DNA of 55,841 bases from a virus (IMGVR_UViG_3300038460_000023:1-55841), one strand, 5' to 3'. Shown: positions 20,501 to 30,471, counted from the first letter of the stretch. Program-made: numbers and translations. Notes: generated from the sequence alone by a model not told the origin.

Positions 20501-21938
20501 AACAAGACTAGACGTTCCTGCGTTATCCGTCGTGGATAGGAATATAACTTCGGACTTTGTTATGGAGTTATATAGTCCAAAAAAAGAATCTTCGAATCCA
20601 TATTATTTTCCGGTATATTTTGGTTCTATAGGAAATCCAGGCGCCTCTAATAATTATCACATAGGAAATGTTCAGAATCAAAATCCTACATCTCCGGTAT
20701 CTTCTCCTGCCATTGTATTGTGCAATCCGGGAGACTCTTATTTAAAAGAAAGGTTTGCTAAATATTTATATCCATCCGTAGATGATAATTATTCTGATTA
20801 CTATGAATCCAATAGTTATGGACTCGGAATGCCTGGACTATTTGATGCAGATGCAAAGGAAGAAGAGCTTATTTCGGGCATGAGAAATTCTGGATCATTA
20901 CTCGAAAATACCAAGGTTAATAAATTAAATCAATTTAAATCAGAAGATCTCGAAACGTTAAAATCTAAGTTTGGATCTATAAACATCCTGAAAGAAGTCG
21001 GTAATGTCATGAAAGTTCTGCAAGACAGGAAAGAGACTTCGATATACATAAGTCGAACTGAAATGCAGAATGCCGATAACACATCGAATGTTGTTAAGTC
21101 AACAGCACTGCTCGGCACGGCCAATAAGTATGATGAAGACAGGGGAACTATTTTCCCAAGATCTGTAGTGGTTCACAATAGAGATATATATTATTTTGAC
21201 TATTACAGAGGCGAAGTTATCCGAACATCTCCAAATGGTCAATATCCTATATCTGAATACGGTATGCGTACTTATTTTAGATCCAAAGCTAGTCAAATCG
21301 CATCTTTTGGAATAGCCAATGCTGACGTCCGGGGAGTGTATGACGAAGAAAATAAAATGTATATACTTACATTCATTATGGGAGTTAATTCCGAGACAAT
21401 TGGTTTTTACGATCCGAATATCGAAGGAGCGAAACCAAGATGGATAAGTTTTTACTCTTTCATCCCAGATTATTACTCCTCTTTAGGCACTACCTTATTG
21501 TCCTTCTCCGGAGTTAAAGGATATAAACATAATTCCAACAATGTAGTTCGGGCTAATTTTTATGGAACTAAATATAAACAACAAATTAATTGGTACAGCA
21601 ACGCCAATCCTATACTTAAAAAAGTATTCAAGGTATTGGGTATAAAGTCAAATAAGGCATGGGATGTTCCATTGATAATCATCGAACCTGACGCTACGTA
21701 TACGCGCGGCATGCAGAGCCTCCTTAAGACAAACCATTTTGAGCTTAAGGAAGGCAGTTTTAGCGCAGCCTATTTGAATAATATGAAGACTACTTCCAAT
21801 ACGCCGTCTGTACCTGATTTATTTAATGGCGATGAGATGCGAGGTTTTTACATTAAACACCAAATGGAAAATTTAGAAGATGCCGAAGTTTGGGTATTGG
21901 AATCTCAAGTTGGTTGGGATCTTAGTGATAAATACTAA
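17502..21938 (+). CDS. Tail stabilisation/muzzle protein (P22 gp10-like, crAss-like)
   Basis: N-terminal LDTDTDP, N.KGN, LLLWTDG..EPKKIN and YQFAYRYIY.D.E.S motifs; C-terminal WISFYSFIP. Contains an inserted repeat block. Confidence 0.8.
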   Translation: MEKDVKIFGDSYLDTDTDPKLNKGSDYILNTIIQSDGRFGVAVNTKGNEKVIDLTSSYNSDPVPPTVVGSCRDEARNRIIFFVKSNYSNNSIWYYDVAANTSDYIIFQSFLILGSYIVANVIGDLLLWTDGTSEPKKINYIRAYNYSHGISTSYKYLTMSDYVIEAYKRPPSYRPSVGAGFSIYAKKVIRNKIYQFAYRYIYDDYEKSVLSPFSDVLFTDYNTFPDGSGTNYSSAYVVFVRMKLFELVNGASTDIDSIELFVRNSDFGNWYLYDKISNPKTNTFSFTYFSLGSYNNGAEDISDVRGSVSKDMYDSIPVGMQITYNSNTYTVGEKLTSGSNYVLGISPVIAEISSFVDLGQVASQWRAMTARGNNIYACITGSDICMQTNGTGSFIGLSQTFRNWVGMTTTVSGNVYASVQSGGDIYKQTAGTGNFIALGQTARNWRGMAATPSGNVYACVAAGDIYKQTSGTGNFIALGQTSRSWEGMTCDPSGNVYACVFGGDVYKQTSGSGNFVALGQTSRNWEGMTCDSFGNVYACVEGGGIYIQFAGSGNFIDQGQTSRLWEGMAVAANGSIYACVYNGSIYKKSVPSAPYTFSLTEFISYVFLDDKVKQNVDQDDLARPYDFLPKLAGTQELIEKDRIIYGDITEGFDHTLLDISTTVNRNLATFTAEGSSMIVSLASDGWRVRWPSYPINTFYAIILSVASTDYGSEDLTFKAFNITVYYVSKPGDTEQSILKALALNIKYRIRKLITNRLDWTDPSVKHNTSPAYYYISVGIEVDQGPSSSTIPYFITIPIGYTSGLNSTYKTMRNEDYYLGGIRYYDKNLRYSSVNKFNTPIRVEDMYGQSYYYDLTCSIRNKPPEYAYFYALVFTKRIIINSYIKLLVRATEYAGTVASGYAYFDEIDNYLRIQVNRLINDSREIDTNLKINNYVFTEGDRIKIHSGDISSFNYDFLIKGTEYPEVDSQYEKDYATTPSYITDSSGNKVSAPYSQVVIVQITRLDVPALSVVDRNITSDFVMELYSPKKESSNPYYFPVYFGSIGNPGASNNYHIGNVQNQNPTSPVSSPAIVLCNPGDSYLKERFAKYLYPSVDDNYSDYYESNSYGLGMPGLFDADAKEEELISGMRNSGSLLENTKVNKLNQFKSEDLETLKSKFGSINILKEVGNVMKVLQDRKETSIYISRTEMQNADNTSNVVKSTALLGTANKYDEDRGTIFPRSVVVHNRDIYYFDYYRGEVIRTSPNGQYPISEYGMRTYFRSKASQIASFGIANADVRGVYDEENKMYILTFIMGVNSETIGFYDPNIEGAKPRWISFYSFIPDYYSSLGTTLLSFSGVKGYKHNSNNVVRANFYGTKYKQQINWYSNANPILKKVFKVLGIKSNKAWDVPLIIIEPDATYTRGMQSLLKTNHFELKEGSFSAAYLNNMKTTSNTPSVPDLFNGDEMRGFYIKHQMENLEDAEVWVLESQVGWDLSDKY

Positions 21939-21971
21939 TTTAAAAATGATTAATTTTGTAAAAAAAGAAGT

Positions 21972-22652
21972 ATGGCATCACCATTAATTTCTGCTGGGAT
22001 TGGCGCAGCGGTCGGAATCGGGCAATCTATTTACGGAGGTGTAAAGTCTGGTCAGGCTAACAAAAAAATGTCTGATCTCGAAAGTAATCGCCCAATATAT
22101 TCTCGCCCTGATGAAATCAAGCAATATCTTGAAATGGCAAAAACCAATACTAATTCAAATATGCCCGGTCAAACTCAGATGGAGCAGAATAATCAGCAGT
22201 CTACTCAATCTTCGATTTCAAAACTAGAGGAAACTGGTCAATTAGATGCCGGAGCTATTCAGAAATTATATCAATCCGAAGTGGGCGCTCATAATAATTT
22301 AGCCATGCAACAGGCCCAATATTATCAATCGAATCAAGATAGGCTCGGTCAGGCATTTCAAAAGTCTGCTCAATATGCCGATCAGGAATTTGAATATAAT
22401 GTAAATGCTCCTTGGCAGAGACAATACAATAAAGCAATAGGTCAATATGAATCTGGTCAGCAGACTTTGAATAGTGGATTGAATTCAGTGGCAGGGGCCG
22501 CGATGAGCGGTGCATCAATGTTTGGCGGATCAGGAGGAGTATCTTCAGCTTCGGCTCAATCGTCAAGCCCATGGACAAGTATGGCGAATAATCCATTATC
22601 AAGTCAGGCGAGCCAGATAGGGAATTTTGCCTCAACTCCTAATTTTCAATAA
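21972..22652 (+). CDS. Putative ejection (internal virion) protein
   Basis: G/A-rich hydrophobic N-terminus and Q-rich body; follows the muzzle gene; TAATTTTG box at 21951-21958. Confidence 0.6.
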   Translation: MASPLISAGIGAAVGIGQSIYGGVKSGQANKKMSDLESNRPIYSRPDEIKQYLEMAKTNTNSNMPGQTQMEQNNQQSTQSSISKLEETGQLDAGAIQKLYQSEVGAHNNLAMQQAQYYQSNQDRLGQAFQKSAQYADQEFEYNVNAPWQRQYNKAIGQYESGQQTLNSGLNSVAGAAMSGASMFGGSGGVSSASAQSSSPWTSMANNPLSSQASQIGNFASTPNFQ

Positions 22653-24013
22653 TGGCTATAACTAGTTACACACGAGCTCCAAGGGAAACTCCTATAAATA
22701 TTGATGTCAGCAAGCAACTGGGACAGGCGGTCAATGCTTATCGTCAAGATAAGGAGAGGCAAAGACAGGATGAAAAGGAGTCGGAAGCTAGTTATTTAAA
22801 ACAAGCCAAGGTCGATCCTGTTTTTAACATGTCTTCTTACTGGCAAAAAGAACAGGGTGATAAGATTAAGGAATTTCAGAATTTCCTTACAGATGTGTAT
22901 CATAGATCCGAGAATAAGCCAACATTAGACGATCAAATCGAAATTCAGAATCACAAACAAGCTTTATACGGCTGGCAGCAAAAGTTAAATGCCAATCAGC
23001 AACAATATGCACAGGCTGCTAAGGTTATTCAGAATGATCCATACGGTATAAAGTACGACAGGGCTAATTTTGAGAACAAGATTGACAAATGGCAGAAAAC
23101 AGGCGAACTTGATGACGATATTTTATTACCCCCAAGAATAGGAGACAGAAAGGGTTATTACGAGGGGAAAAATTGGCTCGGGCTGAAAGAAAAAACATTT
23201 ACCGATCCAACCGGCAATGTTCGTACTGGCAAGGTAGCTATGTCTGAAGATGAAATAAAGGCTCAAATAAAGAATGATCTATTTGATCCTAAAAATGTCG
23301 GATTGTATCGGACGGTTACTGAAGATTTTTCAAAACTTCCTATCGAAGAAAAAAAGAAATATCTTGATAAGCACCAGGGATCAGATAAGCTGGGCGACGC
23401 TATTGCTGATTGGAATTATGATACAGCCGGGAAATACGCTGTAAAAGAAAATAAAAACACTGTTCGTCTTTCAAGTAGATCTGGATCGGGACAAAAAGTT
23501 GTCAGCTCTATAAATTACGATAAGCCTTCAGATAAAATACAGATAAAAGGCGCTAATGGAGCTGAGGATGTTGATGTATGGGGCGGAGTAGATTTACCTA
23601 CCGGAAGATACGGTGTAATATCTTCGAGAAATTATTTTGATATGGAAACCGGTGAAAAACAGAAGGCCAATCTTGGTCAAGATATACCACTTGTTGACCC
23701 GTATATAAAATATGTTCCAGTAGCAGGGACTAAGCTTCTTGCATCTGGTAAAAATTATCTGGGCGACAATGGTAAGCTTAAGAACAATTTCTACATAAAA
23801 CCAGTTTTAGTAACAAAGGGAGATTATGGAAGTATCGGGCTCGATCTTACGCCAGAGATGAAAACTAAGCTTAAGACAAGATTCCCTAAATTGGCAAAGG
23901 AGATAGAAGATATTCCCATGGAAGTAAATCCAAAAGGAAATGAAGCTCCGGAAGATAGGAAAGCTCAAAGTGTGGTTAAGAAAACAAACTTCGATAAATA
24001 TAAAAGGAAATAA
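22652..24013 (+). CDS. Putative ejection (internal virion) protein
   Basis: Helical K/Q-rich protein between the pilot-like gene and the giant gene. Confidence 0.55.
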   Translation: MAITSYTRAPRETPINIDVSKQLGQAVNAYRQDKERQRQDEKESEASYLKQAKVDPVFNMSSYWQKEQGDKIKEFQNFLTDVYHRSENKPTLDDQIEIQNHKQALYGWQQKLNANQQQYAQAAKVIQNDPYGIKYDRANFENKIDKWQKTGELDDDILLPPRIGDRKGYYEGKNWLGLKEKTFTDPTGNVRTGKVAMSEDEIKAQIKNDLFDPKNVGLYRTVTEDFSKLPIEEKKKYLDKHQGSDKLGDAIADWNYDTAGKYAVKENKNTVRLSSRSGSGQKVVSSINYDKPSDKIQIKGANGAEDVDVWGGVDLPTGRYGVISSRNYFDMETGEKQKANLGQDIPLVDPYIKYVPVAGTKLLASGKNYLGDNGKLKNNFYIKPVLVTKGDYGSIGLDLTPEMKTKLKTRFPKLAKEIEDIPMEVNPKGNEAPEDRKAQSVVKKTNFDKYKRK

Positions 24014-24015
24014 CA

Positions 24016-27000
24016 ATGCCTGATGTTAAAACATATAAAGTCGGTAAGGATGTTTTCGATATTCCACTAAAGGAAGAGCAGGATTTCTTAAAAACGTATC
24101 CTAAGGCTACTGAAGTTGAAAGTTATATTTCCGGCAAAGATACCTTTGATATCCCAAAGCAGGAAGTTCAGGATTTCTTAAAAGAATACCCGCAAGCCAA
24201 GCCTTTAAAAAAAAAAGACTCTTCGGGTGTATCTTCAGATACTTCTCAGGAAGATTCTCAATCAGGATTAGTTGGGCCGGAAAGTACATTGAAATCACAA
24301 AATACTGATGGATTCAGGACTGTAGGGTCTCCACAGCAAAAACCACAGTATAATCAGGAAGAGACTTCGCCATCCACTCTTTCTGAAAAACCATTGATAC
24401 AAGCCAATAAAAAAGAAGATAAGATACGCCAGAAGGTTTATGAAAAACCACGATCCGTTGAGGAATTTAATAAGGAATTTTCTATATCACCAGAAGAGAA
24501 TTATAACCAAAACCCGCAAAAAGTATTACAACCAAAGGATCAGGAGGAATTGCTCAATCAGGTAGATTTTAAAAGGTTTCTTAAGCAAAAAAACGATGAG
24601 CAAACGGCTTTTAAGCCGGAGGATAGTTATTTATGGAGTGTTGTTCATGGAATAAATAAGGCTACATCCAATACCTTAAAAGCTATGGACGGAGCCGCAA
24701 GGATACTCAGCGATGTTACTAAAATTCCTATGTCTGTTGCTTTTGGTAAAAGAGGAGAAGTTTTGCATGAAAGCTTAAGTTACTATTCTGGAGTTTATGG
24801 GAAAATGGCAAATAAAATAGATGAAAATCTAAGGAATTCCAAGACTAAAGCACCTGAAAACATAGGCGGAATGCTGGCGGAAGGGGCTGGAAGCGCTCTT
24901 ATAGATCTTCCATTAATGGTCCTTGCACCGGAAACTAAATTATCTTACATCGGAGCAGCAACAGGCGGATTGGTTAAGTCTATTCCTGGCATTGTTCCAT
25001 ACATGGCCACTACCAATGCTCTGAATAAGTATCAAGAATTGGATAGTCAAGAAAACCCAGAAGCCAATAAATTAACTGAAACATTTAAGGCAGCCGGTGT
25101 CGGGGCAGTAGAAGGGGCCTTGATGCATTCTTTCGGGTATTTATCATCCCAAGCTGGCGGATACGTGAAGGGGATTACCAATAATAATTTTGCTTCAAAA
25201 CTAGCGTCATCACTTTCGAGCGGGACTTTGTTTGGAGGCATGACAGCTACCGAACAGTATATGTCAGGAAAGGTAAATCCAAAAGAAATTGTAAGCAGCG
25301 GTATACTGGGCTTAGGAATGGATTTATTGTTAAGCAGACCAGCACGGCAGAATCTTGAAGCAAAACAAAAATCGGCTTCTGATAGGTTCTTTACTTCGTC
25401 TATTGAGGATGTGAATAAAATACACGATCTGCCCAAGACAGTAGAGCAGTTGCGGGAGGATCAGATAAAATTAGATGATAGGATTAAGAAAGAAAAAGAT
25501 CCGAAGAAAAAAGAAGAGTTAAAATTATCATCTAAAACTATCGATGGATATATTGATATAAAAGCAATCGGAAAGCAGATATTGTCTGATCCTGAAGTTT
25601 TCGTAAGAGGCATCCGTGAAGATCCCAAACTGTCCGATCCTGAAAAGGATTTTTATACCGAAAAAGTAAACCAGTTTGTCGCTAAGAATGATCCGAGGAT
25701 TAAAGCTTCAGATCCATTAGTTAAAGAAATTTCAGATGTCGATCGTCAGATTCAGACTTTAAAAGACAATCCATCTATCCCAGAAGATAGTAAGCCTTTA
25801 TTAATCGAAGGACTAGAAGATCGTAAAAAAAGCCTTGCGACTGACGCTAAAAAAGAAATGTCTAAACCTTTAGATATATTTGAATTAAATAAACAAGAAC
25901 AATTAAAAAGTAAAGAGTATGAAAAAGGAAAAAGGAGTATCGGGGAGCAAGGGGACTTACAACCTGTCGAAGCCAAAAACAAGGGTAGGAAAACAAGCTC
26001 CAGCACCCAAAAAGGCCCTAAAATCGAAGATGAAAGCAAGAGGCAAAAGCTGGTAAATAAAAAAGGAGGGAAAAGTGAAAAAGTTAAAAAAGGGAATTAT
26101 CAAGGGGAGCATGGCCCAGATGAAGCCAAAGGGGAAAACGGTCCCAGCGCCTCCGAGAGGATCGGGACAGGTAGTAGTAAAACAGAAACCAAAGTTGAGA
26201 AAGGGTTAGAAGATGCCACTCAAAAAGGGAAAGTCCCAGAAAGTAGTGAGTCAGAACATAAGCGAATTCCACAAGGGGAAGACGTACGCGGCGACCAAGA
26301 TAAAGTTCGGGAAGACAAAGGCGGACAAGCAAGCGATAGCAGTAAGCCTGGAGGAGAAAAGACGGTCCCGGAAGAAATAGAGGAAGTACCAGGGTTTGTA
26401 CCGGAGGGAATGGCTGAACCGGAACCTGCCGGTACGAAAACTGGAAAAGTTGAAATTGGAGAAAAGGCAGAAACTCCGGTAGCGATGAAGAAAATATTGT
26501 CCACTGGAGATAAGAATGTTTATTCAAGGGAGATTAAGAAGGATGGTAAAGAGCTTGGAGAAGTCCATATAGAGGAGAAGCCGGAAGGGTGGGAGGTTAA
26601 ATATGTAATGGTAAATGAGAAAGGGAAGGGGTATGGAAAGCAAATTTACCGTGAATTAAATAAGCAAGCTCAGTCGGAAGGCAAAGTTGTAAAATCCGAT
26701 CGTCCCGATAAGATTTCTGGATCTGCCAAAGGATTATGGGATTCTTTGGTCAAATCAAAGGAGGCAGAAAAAATGCCTGATGGATCATACCGGATGATAG
26801 GAGAAGGAAAGGCGATACCTAAAACTTCGGAACCCAAAATTGGAGGACAGATTGGCTTTAAGGATATGATTAAAAATAATCGTATCGGAGAAATTGTCTC
26901 TAAAGAGTCGGATGGGCGATATAAGGTAAAAACAGAGGACGGTATTATCCATAAGGTAAGTCCTGATAAAATTCAATCAGTAGAATCGACTAAAAAAGCC

Positions 27001-30000
27001 ATAAAAGAAACCGAACAAAGCCTGGAGAACAAAGCGTCAATACCTGTTTCTACCGAACCTAAATCGGAGCCGGTTAAAGCTTCAGCTATTATAAGCAAAC
27101 TGTCAAAAGAACTTGGCGTTCCAATAAGGATCGGGAAGATAAGAAAGAAGGCATTAGGAATATTCAAAGTTCATCCGGAAGTTATCAGAACAAAAGAATA
27201 CAATGATTTAGCCACTACGTCTCATGAAGTTGCTCATTTCTTAGATAAGAAATTAGACATATCAAATTTGATCCCCAATGATCTTAAAAATGAATTAAAG
27301 AGTCTCGATTATGATCAATCCAAAAAAAGAGTCAATGAGGGATTTGCGGAATTCGTTCGGCACTATCTCACTGTTGGGGATAGTCAAGATGTCGCGCCAA
27401 AATTTCACGACTATTTTGAAAAGCAAATTTTATCAAAAAACCCTACTGAAAAAAAAATAATCTCGGAAGCGAGAGACCTGATAACAAAATGGAGAGAGCA
27501 AGGCTCTTTAAATCGAGTGCTGAGCCAAGTTGATTTCGATGGTCTTAAGTCTGATTTATCCCTGAAAGAAAAGTTAGAGTCTTTTGATGTAAAAGTCAGA
27601 GGGCGATTTACAAACAGACTATATCCTTTAAAGTATGTTGTAAATAAGATAATCGGAGAAGGTAAAATAAGGCCTAGTGAAAACCCATATGAAATAGCCA
27701 TGAGCGTGGCTAAGACAGCTTCAGCTAAAGCTCGTCAGTTTATCATGGATGGCGCTTTTGATTTTCAATTAAATAAAGTCGGAGAGAGTCTGAAGGACGT
27801 GGTCGCTCCGGTCTCAAAGGATATTAAAAACGCAATTGCGTATGCTTATTCAAAACATGCAATTACCTTATTAGACAGGGGGATAAATCCAGGTATAAGT
27901 AAGGTTGATGCCGAGTACGTATTGAAGAATAATTTCAAGCCTGAGTACGAACAGTTTTCTCAAGATTTTACACAGTGGTCGTCTCACCTGGTAGATTACT
28001 TGGTAGATGCCGGAGGGTTGTCCAAGGATGCGGCTGAGACAATGAGAGCGTCAAATCCTTTTTATATTCCTCTTAAAAGATCCTTTGTTGATCAGGGGGT
28101 ATCCGCTGCAACAGGGAGGGGATTTGTTGATTTGGGGAGTCCGATTAAAAAGATAAAAGGTAGCGGAAGGGAGATTGTAAACCCTATTGAATCAATGATA
28201 GCTATGACCGAGCAAATAATAAGCGTTGCTGATAAGGCAAGGGTATCTCGTGCATTGGTGGACATTGCCGACAAGTATCCGGGTTCCGGAAAGTGGATTG
28301 AAAAAGTACCGGCACCGCTAAAAAAGACAATGATTGAACTGGAAGATATCTCTAAGCAAATAGAATCGCTTGGAGGGGACTTGTCAGCAGTAGATAAAAA
28401 TTCACTCATAAATTTATTTTCTCAGGGAGATTACTACGGTAAGGATAATATTGTTTCGGTATATAAGGATGGAAAGAGAGAATTCTATCAATTGCACAAG
28501 GATTTATACGATTCGATGAAAGGATTGGACAATATAACTTTGCCGTGGTTTATTGATAGTACATTCGGGTCCGCTTCAAGGTTAGTTAGGCTTGGAGCTA
28601 CGGGCATCCGGGCTGGATTTGCATTAATAACCAATCCTATTCGAGATTTTCAAACCTTTGTTTTACAGAATGAATATACCGGCACTTCCAAGGTGGGTAA
28701 TGTCGGGAAGGCTATCATAGAAGAGTTGGTTGGCAAAGGGAAGTATACTCAGGCATTTAAAAGATCGGGCGGAGAGATGGCCCAGCCATTGGGCCTCGAT
28801 AGAAAGATGCTAAAAAATACAGTGGAAGAAATTTTAGCAGATGATATTCAGAGAAAAGCGTTGAATATCGTAAAGCACCCTATAGAGGCCTTGAGAAAAA
28901 TACTTTCATTCACAGAGGCCGGGACTAGAATGGCCGAATTCGAATCGGTAATGAAAAAATACGAACCGTTATTCGATAAAGCTAAGTCATATGGAGATTT
29001 GGTTGAGCTTAAGAAGCTGAACGAAGACGCTGCGATTGAAGCTTCGAATGCAGCAAATGAAGTTACGGTCAACTTTAAACGTGCTGGGTCTTACGCATCT
29101 GTCATAAATCAAATTGTACCGTTTTTCAATCCATCAGTTCAAGGTTTAAGCCGAATGGGGAGAACCATCTACGAACATCCGGTAAGATCAGGATTTAGGG
29201 CTATGGCTTGGATGACCGCTCCTACGTTAGCCCTATGGTACATGCATAAAGATGAAGATTGGTATAAAAATCTTCCAGACTGGCAGAAATATGGATTTTT
29301 TAACTTTAAGATCGGCGATGAAATAGTAAGACTACCAAAACCTTTTGAATGGGGATATTTATTTGGCGCAATCCCAGAAGGCATTGCCAATTCTATTTAT
29401 GCTAAAGATCCTATATATTTTAAGAAAGCTGCCGAAGAATCGGTCGGAGCCGTCGCTCCGCCGGCATTACCGGCTTTGGTAAAACCAGCAATGGAAGTGT
29501 ATTTTAACTGGGATATATTTCGGGATAGTCCTATTATATCAATGAGCCAAGAAGGACTCCTGCCTCCTCAGCAATATACCTCTCATTCGAGTAAATTAGC
29601 AATTGAGCTTGGCCAAGTCCTGAATGTAGCTCCATTAAGCATAGATCATTTACTTAGTGGTTACACCGGCGGACTTGCCACTGATATCTTAAATGCTTTT
29701 CCGAAGCAGTATAAAGAAAAAGCTGATTATCCTATCATAGGGAGATTGTTTACCCGAACAAGTACAACGGGATTAGGAGGGGTGGCCGTTCAAGAGTTTT
29801 ACGACCAATATAAAAGATTATCATCTGTCGAGAAGACTTTGAATTTCGGAGAAAAAAATAAAATAAATCCAAGGAGTATAACTGATAATGACAGAAGGCT
29901 TTTTAAATATAAATATTTGATAAGCAAAACAGCCAAGGAGATTACGGATCTTAGGAATAAATTATCCGAATTGGATAAGGTTAAGATGGATAAGGATATT

Positions 30001-30471
30001 CGTCAAAAGGTTGTAAAAGAGATAAATTTTGCGGCGGTTAAATTAGCTGAAAAAACTCTTAAAACCATAAGATCAGAAAGCGAAGTCCCAAGCGAATATC
30101 AATCTGTCAATGTTATTAATAAGTTGTCTGGAGAGATGACTAAGATAAATGATGTTCTTAAAAAAAGCGGAACTGTCGAAATGAATAAATACATAAGGGA
30201 TAATAATTTAAAAGAACACCTTAATTTTTATGAAAAAAATAAGACAGAGTTTAATAAACTTAAGAGAGTTATAGATTATGTGACTGCAAATAAGACTGAA
30301 GATAAATATGCAGACATTATAAATCAAAATGCAGATTTATTTATGAATTCATATAACTCTAATGATAGATTCAGAGTTACCCAAGATTTAAATAAATTAT
30401 ACTCTAAACTTGGAAAAGAAGGGAAGGCATTGAAGAATCAAAAAGGTAGGGCTCTCAGGGAGTTTAAATAA
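24016..30471 (+). CDS. Large polyvalent ejection protein (GNAT-like, zincin HExxH, LPD38)
   Basis: Duplicated N-terminal 29-aa repeat; KGKGYGKQIY GNAT-like motif; SHEVAH...NEGFAEF metallopeptidase motif; LPDWQK...RLPKPFEWGYLFG LPD38-like region. Confidence 0.8.
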   Translation: MPDVKTYKVGKDVFDIPLKEEQDFLKTYPKATEVESYISGKDTFDIPKQEVQDFLKEYPQAKPLKKKDSSGVSSDTSQEDSQSGLVGPESTLKSQNTDGFRTVGSPQQKPQYNQEETSPSTLSEKPLIQANKKEDKIRQKVYEKPRSVEEFNKEFSISPEENYNQNPQKVLQPKDQEELLNQVDFKRFLKQKNDEQTAFKPEDSYLWSVVHGINKATSNTLKAMDGAARILSDVTKIPMSVAFGKRGEVLHESLSYYSGVYGKMANKIDENLRNSKTKAPENIGGMLAEGAGSALIDLPLMVLAPETKLSYIGAATGGLVKSIPGIVPYMATTNALNKYQELDSQENPEANKLTETFKAAGVGAVEGALMHSFGYLSSQAGGYVKGITNNNFASKLASSLSSGTLFGGMTATEQYMSGKVNPKEIVSSGILGLGMDLLLSRPARQNLEAKQKSASDRFFTSSIEDVNKIHDLPKTVEQLREDQIKLDDRIKKEKDPKKKEELKLSSKTIDGYIDIKAIGKQILSDPEVFVRGIREDPKLSDPEKDFYTEKVNQFVAKNDPRIKASDPLVKEISDVDRQIQTLKDNPSIPEDSKPLLIEGLEDRKKSLATDAKKEMSKPLDIFELNKQEQLKSKEYEKGKRSIGEQGDLQPVEAKNKGRKTSSSTQKGPKIEDESKRQKLVNKKGGKSEKVKKGNYQGEHGPDEAKGENGPSASERIGTGSSKTETKVEKGLEDATQKGKVPESSESEHKRIPQGEDVRGDQDKVREDKGGQASDSSKPGGEKTVPEEIEEVPGFVPEGMAEPEPAGTKTGKVEIGEKAETPVAMKKILSTGDKNVYSREIKKDGKELGEVHIEEKPEGWEVKYVMVNEKGKGYGKQIYRELNKQAQSEGKVVKSDRPDKISGSAKGLWDSLVKSKEAEKMPDGSYRMIGEGKAIPKTSEPKIGGQIGFKDMIKNNRIGEIVSKESDGRYKVKTEDGIIHKVSPDKIQSVESTKKAIKETEQSLENKASIPVSTEPKSEPVKASAIISKLSKELGVPIRIGKIRKKALGIFKVHPEVIRTKEYNDLATTSHEVAHFLDKKLDISNLIPNDLKNELKSLDYDQSKKRVNEGFAEFVRHYLTVGDSQDVAPKFHDYFEKQILSKNPTEKKIISEARDLITKWREQGSLNRVLSQVDFDGLKSDLSLKEKLESFDVKVRGRFTNRLYPLKYVVNKIIGEGKIRPSENPYEIAMSVAKTASAKARQFIMDGAFDFQLNKVGESLKDVVAPVSKDIKNAIAYAYSKHAITLLDRGINPGISKVDAEYVLKNNFKPEYEQFSQDFTQWSSHLVDYLVDAGGLSKDAAETMRASNPFYIPLKRSFVDQGVSAATGRGFVDLGSPIKKIKGSGREIVNPIESMIAMTEQIISVADKARVSRALVDIADKYPGSGKWIEKVPAPLKKTMIELEDISKQIESLGGDLSAVDKNSLINLFSQGDYYGKDNIVSVYKDGKREFYQLHKDLYDSMKGLDNITLPWFIDSTFGSASRLVRLGATGIRAGFALITNPIRDFQTFVLQNEYTGTSKVGNVGKAIIEELVGKGKYTQAFKRSGGEMAQPLGLDRKMLKNTVEEILADDIQRKALNIVKHPIEALRKILSFTEAGTRMAEFESVMKKYEPLFDKAKSYGDLVELKKLNEDAAIEASNAANEVTVNFKRAGSYASVINQIVPFFNPSVQGLSRMGRTIYEHPVRSGFRAMAWMTAPTLALWYMHKDEDWYKNLPDWQKYGFFNFKIGDEIVRLPKPFEWGYLFGAIPEGIANSIYAKDPIYFKKAAEESVGAVAPPALPALVKPAMEVYFNWDIFRDSPIISMSQEGLLPPQQYTSHSSKLAIELGQVLNVAPLSIDHLLSGYTGGLATDILNAFPKQYKEKADYPIIGRLFTRTSTTGLGGVAVQEFYDQYKRLSSVEKTLNFGEKNKINPRSITDNDRRLFKYKYLISKTAKEITDLRNKLSELDKVKMDKDIRQKVVKEINFAAVKLAEKTLKTIRSESEVPSEYQSVNVINKLSGEMTKINDVLKKSGTVEMNKYIRDNNLKEHLNFYEKNKTEFNKLKRVIDYVTANKTEDKYADIINQNADLFMNSYNSNDRFRVTQDLNKLYSKLGKEGKALKNQKGRALREFK
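25919..26056 (+). CDS. Nested +1-frame basic peptide (45 aa)
   Basis: MKKEKGVSGSKGTYNLSKPKTRVGKQAPAPKKALKSKMKARGKSW; A-rich leader and a TATATTTG box at 25875-25882. Confidence 0.4.
   Translation: MKKEKGVSGSKGTYNLSKPKTRVGKQAPAPKKALKSKMKARGKSW
26075..26209 (+). CDS. Nested +1-frame basic peptide (44 aa, GTG start)
   Basis: (M)KKLKKGIIKGSMAQMKPKGKTVPAPPRGSGQVVVKQKPKLRKG; GGAGG lies just upstream. Confidence 0.35.
   Translation: MKKLKKGIIKGSMAQMKPKGKTVPAPPRGSGQVVVKQKPKLRKG
26213..26380 (+). CDS. Nested +1-frame gene of the small basic phage 'MPLKKGKS' family (55 aa)
   Basis: MPLKKGKSQKVVSQNISEFHKGKTYAATKIKFGKTKADKQAIAVSLEEKRRSRKK fits the recurrent MPLKKG.S...IS.NI.E......KQAVAIAL pattern. 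Confidence 0.7.
   Translation: MPLKKGKSQKVVSQNISEFHKGKTYAATKIKFGKTKADKQAIAVSLEEKRRSRKK

Noticed and set aside
25047-29390. Antisense ORFs within the 2151-aa gene
   Set aside because: Typical shadow ORFs with no motif or start context, unlike the +1-frame nested genes.
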